Positions 18,081 to 29,185 are shown, counted from the first letter of the stretch. The stretch is 35,197 nucleotides of DNA from an uncultured Actinomycetes bacterium (GCA_964500995.1 CAZCRC010000002.1:1-35197), one strand, 5' to 3'. The notes: generated by a model not told the origin, from the letters alone. Translations and numbers: made by a program.

Positions 18081-18108
18081 GGCATTTCCGGTGGTGGGCG
18101 GAAATGCC
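18081..18108. promoter_or_regulatory. Perfect 10-bp inverted repeat in ideR/phr divergent region (candidate operator or hairpin)
   Basis: The sequence is GGCATTTCCG-gtggtggg-CGGAAATGCC. It lies 40 nt upstream of the phr ATG and 73 nt upstream of the ideR GTG. Confidence 0.3.
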
Positions 18109-18147
18109 GCCACCGCTGTCCGCATCTACCGTGGTCGGGTGGCGGTG

Positions 18148-19452
18148 ATGGTGTGGTTCCGGCGGGACCTGCGACTCGACGACCATGGCGCCCTGGCTGC
18201 GGCGGGTGACACCCCCATCATCCCGGTCTTCGTCCTGGACCCCCGGTTGCTGCGGTCAGCCGGCCCGGTCCGACTGGCGCATCTGAGCGGATCCCTACAG
18301 GCCCTCGACCGGCGCATCAAGGAGCGCGGTGGCGGCGGACTCCTCATCCGCACGGGCGATCCGCGCCAGGTGATGCCCCAACTCGCGTCCGCTCACGGCT
18401 GCGATCAGGTGCTGGTCTCGGGTGACTACTCGCCCTACGGGGTGCGACGGGACGCAGCCGTGGCGGCGGCCTTGGCCCAGGTGAGGGTGGCGATGCGATC
18501 TGCGGATTCACCGTTCCTGCACCCGCCCGGATCGGTCACCAAGCCCGATGGCAGTGCCTTCGCCGTGTTCACGCCCTACTGGCGGGTCTGGCAGGGCCGA
18601 GCGGTCGATGGTCCGGTCAGCAGTGAGCCGCAGTTCGTCGCGGGTGAGCCGGACGCCGATCCGCTGCCAGCTGACGGGGAGCCCGCCGGCGAGATCGTCG
18701 CCCAGGAACTCCTTGAGACGTTCCTGGTCCGGGCCGACGGGTACGACGCGGATCGCAACCGCCCGGACATTCCTGCCACCAGTCGGCTGGGGGCGGCGCT
18801 GCACTTCGGTGAGATCCACCCGCGCACGATCGTCGCTGCGGCCGGGGCCGCCACCGGTTTCGTGCGCCAGTTGTGTTGGCGGGAGTTCTACGCCGATGTC
18901 CTCTACCGCCGGCCAGATGCCGCGTGGGGCAACATCGACCGCCGCTTCGACGCGTTCCCGTGGCGGCAGGACAACGAACAGTTCCAGGCGTGGTGTCAGG
19001 GCCGCACGGGCTACCCCATGGTCGATGCGGGGATGCGGCAGCTGCAGGCCACCGGGTGGCTGCACAACCGCAGTCGCATGGTGGTGGCGTCCTTCCTGAC
19101 CAAGGACCTGTTGCTGCCGTGGCAGTGGGGGGCGCGCTGGTTCCTGTCCCATCTTCGTGACGGTGACGTGGCCAACAACAGTCTCGGCTGGCAGTGGGTG
19201 GCCGGGACGGGCATGGACGCTGCGCCCTACTACCGGGTCTTCAATCCGGTGTTGCAGGGTCAGAAGTTCGACCCCACAGGGGACTACGTGCGCCGGTTCG
19301 TCCCCGAGTTGGCGCACCTGCCGGGTGCCTCGGTGCACACTCCGTGGGAGAGTCCCGACGGCTACGCACACGGCTATCCGCAGCGCATGGTCGATCATGC
19401 TCAGGCCCGACAGGATGCCCTCGCGGCCTACACGATGATCAAGAACGCGTGA
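18148..19452 (+). CDS. phr: Deoxyribodipyrimidine photo-lyase (class I CPD photolyase/cryptochrome family)
   Basis: ATG start at 18148 (MVWFRRDLRLDDH...). The FAD-binding C-domain motifs are TSRLGAALHFGEI, GYPMVDAGMRQL, TGWLHNRSRMVVASFL, GWQWVAGTG and DAAPYYRVFNP. The upstream part of the 571-aa ORF is antisense to ideR and was rejected. Confidence 0.92.
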   Translation: MVWFRRDLRLDDHGALAAAGDTPIIPVFVLDPRLLRSAGPVRLAHLSGSLQALDRRIKERGGGGLLIRTGDPRQVMPQLASAHGCDQVLVSGDYSPYGVRRDAAVAAALAQVRVAMRSADSPFLHPPGSVTKPDGSAFAVFTPYWRVWQGRAVDGPVSSEPQFVAGEPDADPLPADGEPAGEIVAQELLETFLVRADGYDADRNRPDIPATSRLGAALHFGEIHPRTIVAAAGAATGFVRQLCWREFYADVLYRRPDAAWGNIDRRFDAFPWRQDNEQFQAWCQGRTGYPMVDAGMRQLQATGWLHNRSRMVVASFLTKDLLLPWQWGARWFLSHLRDGDVANNSLGWQWVAGTGMDAAPYYRVFNPVLQGQKFDPTGDYVRRFVPELAHLPGASVHTPWESPDGYAHGYPQRMVDHAQARQDALAAYTMIKNA

Positions 19453-19507
19453 CCTGGCCCGCGTGCCGGACCCGACGGGTTCACCTGCGGGTGGCACACT
19501 GACCCGC

Positions 19508-20290
19508 ATGTTGGCGATCGCGGTGGTGGCACTCAAAGGTGGTGTCGGCAAGACCACAGTGTCGCTCGGACTCGCTGAGGCGGCGGCGAACCGTGGCTTG
19601 CGGGTCCTGGTGGTGGATCTCGATCCGCAGGCCAACGCCACCTTGGGTCTGAACCCCGCCACGATCCGGTTCACGACCGGGGACGTGCTGGCCGACGCGC
19701 GTGATGGGGTCGCAGCCGACGCCATCACGGCCAGTGGCTGGGGCCCGCAGGTGGACCTCATTCCGTCGGAACCGGCCCTGGAGCATCGCAACCGGCCGGG
19801 CGACGCGTCCTCTGCCCTGCGGCTGCGGCGCGCGCTGCGCGGGGTGGCGGACGACTACGACCTCGTCCTGATGGACAGCCCACCCTCGCTGGGCGAGATC
19901 ACCCGCAACGGTCTGGCGGCCGCCACACACGCCGTGGTGGTGACGGAACCGGGCTACTTCGCCCTGACCGGCGCCGAGCAGGCCCTCGACGCGGTGACCG
20001 TCGTGCGGGACCACACGAACCTGCGGCTGCGGGCACTCGGCATCGTGGTCAATCGGATGCGCAGCACTGTGGGCGAACACAAGTACCGACTCAAGGAACT
20101 GCAGCAGGCCTACCCGGCCCTGCTCGTGCCGCCCCCGATCCCCGAGCGGTCCGTCGTCCAGCGGGCCGAGGGTGCGGGCGTGCCGTTCCGAGCCAACGGC
20201 CGAGCCGGTGCTGTGGTGGGCAAAGTGTTCGACGAGGTGTTCGGCGAGTTGTATGCCCGGACCCGCACGGCCAGGGGAGCAACCAGATGA
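19508..20290 (+). CDS. ParA/MinD-type P-loop ATPase (small, type Ib-like ParA)
   Basis: It has a deviant Walker A, KGGVGKTT (AVVALKGGVGKTTV), DLDPQANAT, and a Walker B-like LVLMDSPPSL. I prefer the ATG at 19508. A GTG at 19463 is an alternative. Confidence 0.85.
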   Translation: MLAIAVVALKGGVGKTTVSLGLAEAAANRGLRVLVVDLDPQANATLGLNPATIRFTTGDVLADARDGVAADAITASGWGPQVDLIPSEPALEHRNRPGDASSALRLRRALRGVADDYDLVLMDSPPSLGEITRNGLAAATHAVVVTEPGYFALTGAEQALDAVTVVRDHTNLRLRALGIVVNRMRSTVGEHKYRLKELQQAYPALLVPPPIPERSVVQRAEGAGVPFRANGRAGAVVGKVFDEVFGELYARTRTARGATR

Positions 20291-20670
20291 AACCGCAACC
20301 ACGACCTGCCCTGAAACGCGCCGAGGACGCCGACCTGCATCCCGCGTTGTCGGTGGAGCCGACGCAACTGCCGACCCAACTGGCGCGCGAGAACGCGGCA
20401 GCGGACGCAGCGAAACAGTCGTCCGGGTCGAAGCGGGGCAAGTCGAAGGGCGGCAAGAAGTTCCAGTCCGCCGGGCAGGCAACGTCGGACTCGCTGCGTG
20501 CCCGGCCCGGCAAGCCCGCGAAACCGGAGAAACTGGTCTCGCTCGACGCCCGGGTGCCCAAGCGGGTGCGCAAGGAACTCAAAGCCATTGCCAAGCACTC
20601 CGGATCATCCGTGGACGCCATCGTCACGCAGGCCCTGACCGAGTGGCTGGGCGATCCCCGACGATGGTGA
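20287..20670 (+). CDS. Basic, disordered protein with C-terminal ribbon-helix-helix-like fold (candidate ParG/CopG-type partner of ParA)
   Basis: The ATG at 20287 overlaps the ParA stop (ATGA). The N-terminal region (about 85 aa) is Lys/Arg/Pro/Ala-rich. The C-terminus, KLVSLDARVPKRVRKELKAIAKHSGSSVDAIVTQALTEWL, fits a beta-helix-turn(G-x-S)-helix RHH pattern. Confidence 0.6.
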   Translation: MKPQPRPALKRAEDADLHPALSVEPTQLPTQLARENAAADAAKQSSGSKRGKSKGGKKFQSAGQATSDSLRARPGKPAKPEKLVSLDARVPKRVRKELKAIAKHSGSSVDAIVTQALTEWLGDPRRW

Positions 20671-21329
20671 ATCGCGACGCCTTCGAGCGCGTGGACTACG
20701 AGGTCCCCGGCCTCGCTGACGACGAAGTAGCTGGCGAGCCACTGACGCAGTTCCAGCGCTGGCTGGACGAAGCGACCGAGGCCGGCGTCAAGGAACCGAC
20801 CGCCATGAGTCTGGCCACGTGTGGGCCGGCGGGCCCCGCCGTGCGGATGGTGCTCGCCAAGGCAGTCGACCGCGAGGGCGTGGTGTTCTTCACGAATCTG
20901 GACTCGGCCAAGGCCGTCGAGATCAGCCATGACCCACGGGTGGCGCTGCTGTTCGCGTGGCTTCCCCAGCATCGGCAAGTCCGCTTCACCGGCGTCGCGG
21001 AGCAGGTGTCGCGGTCAGTGGTGCAGGAGTATTTCGACTCCCGGCCGCGCGGGGCTCGGATCGGGGCCTGGGCATCCCCCCAGTCCCAGCCGCTTGCGTC
21101 ACGGGCCGAACTTGCGGCCAGGGTCCGCGAAGTCGAGGAACGATTCCAGTCCAGCGACGTGATCCCCGCGCCCAAGCACTGGGGCGGTTACCGCGTGACC
21201 GTCACCGAGGTGGAGTTCTGGCAGGGGCAGCCGTCTCGACTGCATGACCGGCTTCGATTCACGGCTCGGCACCCTGACGCGGCCCTGGATGTGGCCCAGG
21301 ATTGGCAGGTGACACGACTGGCTCCCTGA
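20664..21329 (+). CDS. pdxH: Pyridoxamine 5'-phosphate oxidase
   Basis: The ATG at 20664 overlaps the upstream stop (ATGGTGA). It has the motifs FFTNLDSAKA, the RVALLFAW context, HWGGYRV, EFWQGQPSRLHDR and the C-terminal RLAP. 221 aa. Confidence 0.9.
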   Translation: MVNRDAFERVDYEVPGLADDEVAGEPLTQFQRWLDEATEAGVKEPTAMSLATCGPAGPAVRMVLAKAVDREGVVFFTNLDSAKAVEISHDPRVALLFAWLPQHRQVRFTGVAEQVSRSVVQEYFDSRPRGARIGAWASPQSQPLASRAELAARVREVEERFQSSDVIPAPKHWGGYRVTVTEVEFWQGQPSRLHDRLRFTARHPDAALDVAQDWQVTRLAP

Positions 21330-21409
21330 CCGTCATCGGGGAGCCGCGTGTACCGTGCGCACGGGGATCAGGTTGAATCGCCTCAGACGCGAGGCTAGGG
21401 AGGCCGGAG

Positions 21410-23775
<2,366 letters not shown>

Positions 23776-23824
23776 CTCCGACCAAGTGCGGGTTCCGGTG
23801 TGCCGCGGGGCTTAGCCTGTACCC

Positions 23825-24418
23825 GTGACTGACGTGAAGGACAAGCCCAGGGCCAGCGACCGGCGCCCCACCGAGGTGCCGCATCACCCCAAGGTCCTCG
23901 CAGTCGCGGCGATCGTGACCGGTGCTGCGCTGCTGTTCATGGGGGCATGGTTCTGGCAGGTGATGACCAGCCCTGGTCTCATCCTGACCGAGGAAGCAGT
24001 CGAACAGACCGACGACCCCGGTGCCGAGGAACTGCAATCGGACCGGGATCGGGCTGCGGAATCCCAACAGGACGGTGCGGCCTCGGCCAGCGAGGACAAC
24101 GGCGGGCGACCCGAAGCCCCCGACGAGAACGTGCCCGTGACCGGGGAACTGGAACTCAGCGGATACAGCATCCTGTCCGAGAACGGGATCCTGAAGGTGG
24201 GGGGCACCCTCACCAATACGTCCAACCAGCCCCTCACCGGAACGGTCCGGGTGTACGTCTACACCGATGCCGTTCCGGTGGCCACGGCCAAGACCGAGAT
24301 CGACAATCTGCAGCCCGGCGCCTCGGAGCCCGTGAACCTCGTGAGTGACTCGGAGTGGGGCGCAGGCGAAAAGGTCATCCTGCTGGACTTCCAGCCCGCA
24401 CAGACCACCGGCCGCTGA
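23825..24418 (+). CDS. Membrane-anchored protein with acidic linker and FxLYD-like beta-sandwich C-domain (tentative)
   Basis: GTG start at 23825. It has a single TM (VLAVAAIVTGAALLFMGAWFW) and a Glu/Asp-rich linker. The C-terminal domain, LKVGGTLTNTSNQPLTGTVRVYVYTDAVPVATAKTEIDNLQPGASEPV, resembles FxLYD domains. Confidence 0.6.
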   Translation: MTDVKDKPRASDRRPTEVPHHPKVLAVAAIVTGAALLFMGAWFWQVMTSPGLILTEEAVEQTDDPGAEELQSDRDRAAESQQDGAASASEDNGGRPEAPDENVPVTGELELSGYSILSENGILKVGGTLTNTSNQPLTGTVRVYVYTDAVPVATAKTEIDNLQPGASEPVNLVSDSEWGAGEKVILLDFQPAQTTGR

Positions 24419-24427
24419 TCCTGCTCC

Positions 24428-26317
24428 GTGGACTCACGTACCCGTCGGATCATCACACTCGGCGTTCTCGCCCTGTTGGTGGTGGCCGTCGTCGTCGGTG
24501 CACTGGCTGGCAACTCCCGGGCACAGGCGGCACCCACTGAGGCTGCCGCAGCGGAACTCCTCGCGAAGAAATACAGCCCCTACGTGGTGGTCCGGGTGCA
24601 AGAGGATCAGTGCGGCCCGGGTGAACCCTACCGACCGGTCCCGGTGGAGTCCGTGCTGGGCGATCCGAGTGTGGTCCTGCGGGATCCGTCCGGCGAAGTC
24701 GTCAAGAAGGGTGTCGAACCGCAAGACCTCGCTGGCGTGGGTGAGGGCTACTACCTGGACTTCCCCGGGGACCCGCTGGACGCGGGTTGCGACTTCGAGG
24801 AGTGGTTCCAGGCCAAGCAGACCGTGCCCACGGTGTATGCGCGGGTGACGGCTGACCCGGACCAACCCGACACGATCGTGCTGCAGTACTGGTTCTGGTG
24901 GGTGTTCAACGACTGGAACGACCAGCACGAGGGCGACTGGGAGATGATCCAGCTGCTCTTCGAGGCCGACTCCGCGAAGCAGGCCTTGACGACCAGCCCG
25001 ACCACGGTCGCGTTTGCCCAGCATGAGGGGGTCGAGGTGGCTGCCTGGGACGACCGCAAGGTACTCACGGCGGGTGACCATGTGGCGGTCTACCCGTCAG
25101 AAGGATCACACGCCGCCTACTTCACCCAATCCAACTGGTTCGGCAAGAGCGCGTCCGCGGGCTTCGGGTGTGACAACAGTGGCGTGGCCGACGGGGTGTC
25201 CGCCGAGGTACTCGTCCCCGAGGTGGGGATGTTGACCGACGATGTCCCCTGGCTGACGTTCGCCGGCCGTTGGGGGCAGGAGGCGCCCTCGTTCAACAAC
25301 GGGCCGACGGGGCCGAACCTGAAGACGCAGTGGACGCACCCTGTGGCCTGGCAGGAGGACAAGGGTCGCTCGTCGGCCGTTGCGCTGCCGGTCGCGCTGA
25401 CATCGGCCGAGGAGATGTTCTGCAGCCTCACGGCCGCCGGATCGGCACTCTTCATCTCGTTCCTGGCCGATCCGATCCTGATGATCGTCCTGGTGGTGAT
25501 CCTGGTCGGAATCATCGTGGTGCTGGCGCGGGCGACACGTTGGCGGGACTCCGATCCCCGCCCGAACCGGAAGCGGGCCGCGGGTCAGATCCTGACGGGT
25601 TCGGTCGTGGTCATGCGGCGGTACGGGGGTGAGTTCGGCGGCGTGATCCTGGGCCTGATGGGGCTGCTGTTGGTGTCGTACTGGGTGCAGGCAGTGGTGA
25701 ATCGACCGCCCCCGACCACCGATCTTGCGCTGGTCGGCGCGCCCGATGTGGGTGTCGGGGGGGTGATTGTCCTGGCCGTTGCCGGAATCGCGACCGCGCT
25801 GCTGACGGCCTACGGTGTGGCCCTGAGTGCCGCGATCACCGCGGACCTGCCGGATGCCGACAACGCTGCCTTGGTGCGGTCACCGGCGACGCGCAAGGGC
25901 ATGTGGCGCAGCGCCATCAGTTATGTGGCGATCGTCGCCTGCGTGCTGACGATCGTGCTGATCCCCTTGGCGGTGTACCTGTACGCGCGGTGGGCGGTGG
26001 CAACCCCCGCTGCGGCGGTGACGGGCTTGGGCGTCGGTGAGGCAGGCCGCCGCAGCGCGCAGTTGACGGCCAAACGCCGATGGCGGTCGCTGGCGATCAT
26101 GGCGGGCTGCAGTGCCATCGCTTCGGTCCCCGGTGCGGTCGTGGGCGCCCTGTTGCTGCTTGCGACACCACTGTCCTTCTCGCTGGTGAACGTAGTCGTC
26201 CTTGTGGTCACGGCGTTCGCCATAGTCTGTGCTGCGGTAGCCGCGACCTTGCATCTGTTCGACCTGCAACATCGCGCGACGGCCGATGCCGACGCCGCCG
26301 AGGAGGCCCTGACATGA
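24428..26317 (+). CDS. Large membrane protein: N-terminal anchor + Vps62/DUF946-like ectodomain + polytopic (about 7 TM) C-terminal domain
   Basis: GTG start at 24428, 9 nt after the upstream stop. The motifs YWFWWVFNDWNDQHEGDWEMIQLLF, VAFAQHEG and VYPSEGSHAAYF match my recollection of the Vps62 family (H-x-GDWEH ... SQHSGG ... HASY). The C-terminal about 290 aa are strongly hydrophobic. Confidence 0.65.
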   Translation: MDSRTRRIITLGVLALLVVAVVVGALAGNSRAQAAPTEAAAAELLAKKYSPYVVVRVQEDQCGPGEPYRPVPVESVLGDPSVVLRDPSGEVVKKGVEPQDLAGVGEGYYLDFPGDPLDAGCDFEEWFQAKQTVPTVYARVTADPDQPDTIVLQYWFWWVFNDWNDQHEGDWEMIQLLFEADSAKQALTTSPTTVAFAQHEGVEVAAWDDRKVLTAGDHVAVYPSEGSHAAYFTQSNWFGKSASAGFGCDNSGVADGVSAEVLVPEVGMLTDDVPWLTFAGRWGQEAPSFNNGPTGPNLKTQWTHPVAWQEDKGRSSAVALPVALTSAEEMFCSLTAAGSALFISFLADPILMIVLVVILVGIIVVLARATRWRDSDPRPNRKRAAGQILTGSVVVMRRYGGEFGGVILGLMGLLLVSYWVQAVVNRPPPTTDLALVGAPDVGVGGVIVLAVAGIATALLTAYGVALSAAITADLPDADNAALVRSPATRKGMWRSAISYVAIVACVLTIVLIPLAVYLYARWAVATPAAAVTGLGVGEAGRRSAQLTAKRRWRSLAIMAGCSAIASVPGAVVGALLLLATPLSFSLVNVVVLVVTAFAIVCAAVAATLHLFDLQHRATADADAAEEALT

Positions 26318-26574
26318 CCGACGACCATCAGGTGACCGTGGAACCGCTCGACGAGGACGGCGTCGGTGCGGTCGCCATCGGGACCGTGCTGTGGGCGATC
26401 GCGGCGGTGATCCTGTTCCTCATGCGGGACCAACTGGCGCAATCGGGAGCGCAGTGGTGGCTCTGGGTGGCTGTCACAGGGGCGGCCCTGGGGATTCCCG
26501 GGCTGTGGTTCACGACCCGTCGTCGCGCCGCGTACCGACGTGAACAGGCGGCCGAACAGCAGGAGATGCGATGA
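26314..26574 (+). CDS. Small two-TM membrane protein (DUF2530-like)
   Basis: The ATG at 26314 overlaps the upstream stop (ATGA). It is 86 aa, with two TM helices (GAVAIGTVLWAIAAVILFL, WWLWVAVTGAALGIPGLWF) and a basic tail. Confidence 0.65.
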   Translation: MTDDHQVTVEPLDEDGVGAVAIGTVLWAIAAVILFLMRDQLAQSGAQWWLWVAVTGAALGIPGLWFTTRRRAAYRREQAAEQQEMR

Positions 26575-27383
26575 ACGCTGTGAGCGTGTTGGCGCCAGGT
26601 TGTCTGGCCGGTCGTTCGGTGTGGGTCAGTGGGGCGGGTTCCGGTATCGGGCGAGCCACGGCCGTCGCCTTGGGATCGCTGGGTGCGCAGGTGTTCTGTG
26701 TGGGCCGCCGACCGGATCCGTTGACGCAGACGGTTGCCGAGATCGTTGCGGCAGGTGGAACCGCGTGGGCTCACTCCGTTGATGTTCGCGAGGCCGATCA
26801 GGTCGAGGCGGCGATCGACGCTGCGCTGGAGCGAGCCGGACACCTGGACAGCGTCGTGAACAACGCCGGCGGACAGTTCGTCGCACCGGCCGAAACGATC
26901 AGCGAGAACGGGTTCCGTGCGGTCACCCGGCTCAACTTCGACGCCGTCTGGCGGGTCACCACCCGGATCGCCGGTCGCTGTCTGATCCCGCAGGAATACG
27001 GCAAGGTCGTGTCGATCACCATGACCCCGCGGCGCGGCATGCCGGGGATGTCACACTCGTCCGCAGCCCGCTCGGCGGTGGAGAGCCTCACGGCCACGTG
27101 GGCGCAGGAGTGGGGAAGGTACGGGATTCGCACCGCCGCAGTAGCGCCCGGAATCGTCCACACCGAGGCCTGGGAGACCAAGTACATGCTCGACCCGGCT
27201 GCGGTCGCCCAGGTCATCCCCCTGCTCCGACTGCAGCGCCCCGACGAGATCGCCGCCCTGGTGGCATTCCTGATCTCGCCGGCGGGTGACTACATCACCG
27301 GCCAGACGCTGGTTGCCGACGGTGGCTGGGATCTTGTGGGACCTGCGGCAGCACTGGCCGGAGTGAACCTGTCCACGGACTGA
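26571..27383 (+). CDS. SDR family oxidoreductase, PECR/DECR-like (enoyl/dienoyl-CoA reductase-like)
   Basis: The ATG at 26571 overlaps the upstream stop (ATGA) and follows AGGAG. It has a Rossmann GAGSGIG and an NNAG motif. The active-site region is MSHSSAARSAVESLT (no classical YxxxK), like the trans-2-enoyl-CoA reductase subgroup. Confidence 0.8.
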   Translation: MNAVSVLAPGCLAGRSVWVSGAGSGIGRATAVALGSLGAQVFCVGRRPDPLTQTVAEIVAAGGTAWAHSVDVREADQVEAAIDAALERAGHLDSVVNNAGGQFVAPAETISENGFRAVTRLNFDAVWRVTTRIAGRCLIPQEYGKVVSITMTPRRGMPGMSHSSAARSAVESLTATWAQEWGRYGIRTAAVAPGIVHTEAWETKYMLDPAAVAQVIPLLRLQRPDEIAALVAFLISPAGDYITGQTLVADGGWDLVGPAAALAGVNLSTD

Positions 27384-27394
27384 TTCCCCGCTCG

Positions 27395-28804
27395 TCAGAT
27401 CTGCGCCAGTGCGATCAGTTCATCGTCGAACGCCGCCACGAGTCCGTGTGGGTCGGGGACGTTGTCCCGATCGGCCTTGAAGCCCACCCGAATGCCGCCG
27501 TCGAAACTGAAGATGCACTCGTTGAGGGTCTGGATCCCGGCGCTGGGTGCCCACCCCAGGACACTCGTCACCGGAACTCCTGCGAAGTAGCGAGGGCGTC
27601 GCGGACCGGGCACGTTCGTCGTCACCCCCACGCCCTTGGCCGAGAAGAAGTCGATCATGGTGCGCGCCAGGTGGGGGTTGATCGCGCCGAGTGCCTCGAT
27701 GACGCCGAACGTCATGACGGCCTCGGGGCTGGACTTGATCGTGTCCATACGTTGGGTGGCAAGTTCCAGTCGGGCTCGCGGAGTTTCGGCCCCGATCGGC
27801 AGGCTCAGCATCACGAGTGCGAACTTGTTGCCGAGTTCCCGGGGCAGCGGTTGGTCCAGCGGGCGCAGATTGACCGGGACCATGGTGGCGAGGTCCTGGG
27901 GGTCTGCACCGTGATCGATGACGTGCGTGCGGATGGCGCCGGCGACAGCTGCGACCATCATGTCGTTGATCGTGGCCCCCTGGCGCCGCCCCGACTCCTT
28001 GATGTCGATCAGGTCGTGAGGTCGCGACCACACCGCCACCTTTTCGACCCCGACCGCACCAGTGAGCGGGCTCACCGGCCTCCCTGCCAGCAGCAGTTTG
28101 TTGACGATCTCCGGGGTGCTGCTTGCCAGGTTGATGGCATCGGAGAAGCGTGCCGGATCAGCCATGTCGGCGATCCGGGACATCGTGTGCAGGCCACCGC
28201 GCACGGCGTCGTTCACCGCCCCCGTGGCGGAGCCCATCAAGCTGCCCAGGCTGGGCAGGGAAGTGCCCGTTGTGGAGTCGGTGGCCGTGGCCCGATCGGC
28301 CTGGTCGGCTTCGATGAGGTCGTCGTCGACTGAGTCATCGGTGAGTTCGAGGAGCACGCGTGCCAGGGCGGTGCCGTCTGCCAGGGCATGGTGGAAGCGG
28401 GCGATCATGGCGGAGCCGTCGCGGTACCCGTGCACGATGTGGATCTGCCACAGCGGCCGGTCCCGATCGAGTGGCTTGCTCATGAGCCCGGACACGTAGC
28501 ACTGCAGCGTCTCGTCGTCGCCGGGTCGGTCGAGGGTGGCTTCGACGACATGATGCGCGACATCGAAGTCGGGGTCATCCACCCAGTAGTAGCCGCCCAA
28601 CGGGTTGCGTGACTGAGCGGGGATCTGTCGGAACACGGGATAGCGGTCCGGCAGTCGCAGGCGAAGCGCCGCGGTCGCCCGCGCCACGTCGATCGGCTCG
28701 GCGAACATCATGACGCCCTCGATCACCATGAGGTTCTCGGGAGTGTCCATGTTGAGCCACAGGGCGTCCACAGGTGACATGGATCGTTTCGTGTCGCCGG
28801 CCAT
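27395..28804 (-). CDS. Wax ester synthase/diacylglycerol acyltransferase (WS/DGAT) family protein
   Basis: The ATG at 28804 is preceded by GAGGAGA. It has the catalytic HHxxxDG motif (FHHALADG), a typical N-terminus (SPVDALWLNMDTPENLMVI) and a DUF1298-type C-domain. Confidence 0.88.
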   Translation of the reverse strand: MAGDTKRSMSPVDALWLNMDTPENLMVIEGVMMFAEPIDVARATAALRLRLPDRYPVFRQIPAQSRNPLGGYYWVDDPDFDVAHHVVEATLDRPGDDETLQCYVSGLMSKPLDRDRPLWQIHIVHGYRDGSAMIARFHHALADGTALARVLLELTDDSVDDDLIEADQADRATATDSTTGTSLPSLGSLMGSATGAVNDAVRGGLHTMSRIADMADPARFSDAINLASSTPEIVNKLLLAGRPVSPLTGAVGVEKVAVWSRPHDLIDIKESGRRQGATINDMMVAAVAGAIRTHVIDHGADPQDLATMVPVNLRPLDQPLPRELGNKFALVMLSLPIGAETPRARLELATQRMDTIKSSPEAVMTFGVIEALGAINPHLARTMIDFFSAKGVGVTTNVPGPRRPRYFAGVPVTSVLGWAPSAGIQTLNECIFSFDGGIRVGFKADRDNVPDPHGLVAAFDDELIALAQI

Positions 28805-28846
28805 GGGTTCTCCTCGCCTCGCCACAGAAGCGTAGGGCGTGGGTCG

Positions 28847-29185
28847 TCAGCGTGCGCGCTTGAGGAACAGGTACCAGTTGCCGTCGATGGACCGGAAGCC
28901 ATACGTGACGGTGGTTCGGTACCCGTTGGACAGCTTGGCCCGACCCACGCACCGCAGCACGATCCCGTCGGCGGGGGACTCGATGACCCGATCCACCACG
29001 GTTCGGCTCTTGCGAATAGTGGTGACGTGTGGCTTTGACCGGTTCTGTGCGGCCTCAGTGAGACTCCACTCCAGCACCTGGGACCGGGCGGAGCCGCACC
29101 ACTGCTCGGGCGCCGCCGCTGCCGCCTGCGGCGCAGTGAGCGCCGCCGCTGCCACCACAGCAAGAGCCGGAAGTGCGCGCAACAT
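28847..29185 (-). CDS. Small secreted hypothetical protein
   Basis: ATG start at 29185 (MLRALPALAVVAAAALTAPQAAAAAPEQ...). It has a signal peptide and two Cys, and is 112 aa. I do not recognise a family. Confidence 0.5.
   Translation of the reverse strand: MLRALPALAVVAAAALTAPQAAAAAPEQWCGSARSQVLEWSLTEAAQNRSKPHVTTIRKSRTVVDRVIESPADGIVLRCVGRAKLSNGYRTTVTYGFRSIDGNWYLFLKRAR

Noticed and set aside
19481-20978. Minus-strand ORFs 19481..20482 (333 aa) and 20091..20978 (295 aa) opposite ParA, the RHH protein and pdxH.
   Set aside because: They are antisense to genes with Walker A and PdxH motifs. The translations are Arg/Pro-rich and lack features. I considered them as possible overlapping genes, but nothing supports coding.
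21353-21364. A 12-bp perfect palindrome, CCGTGCGCACGG, after pdxH, and TGTGCC-CT-GGCACA at 11791-11804 upstream of mshA.
   Set aside because: These are short GC-rich palindromes without U-tracts or a recognisable operator context. They are too weak to call as terminators or binding sites.
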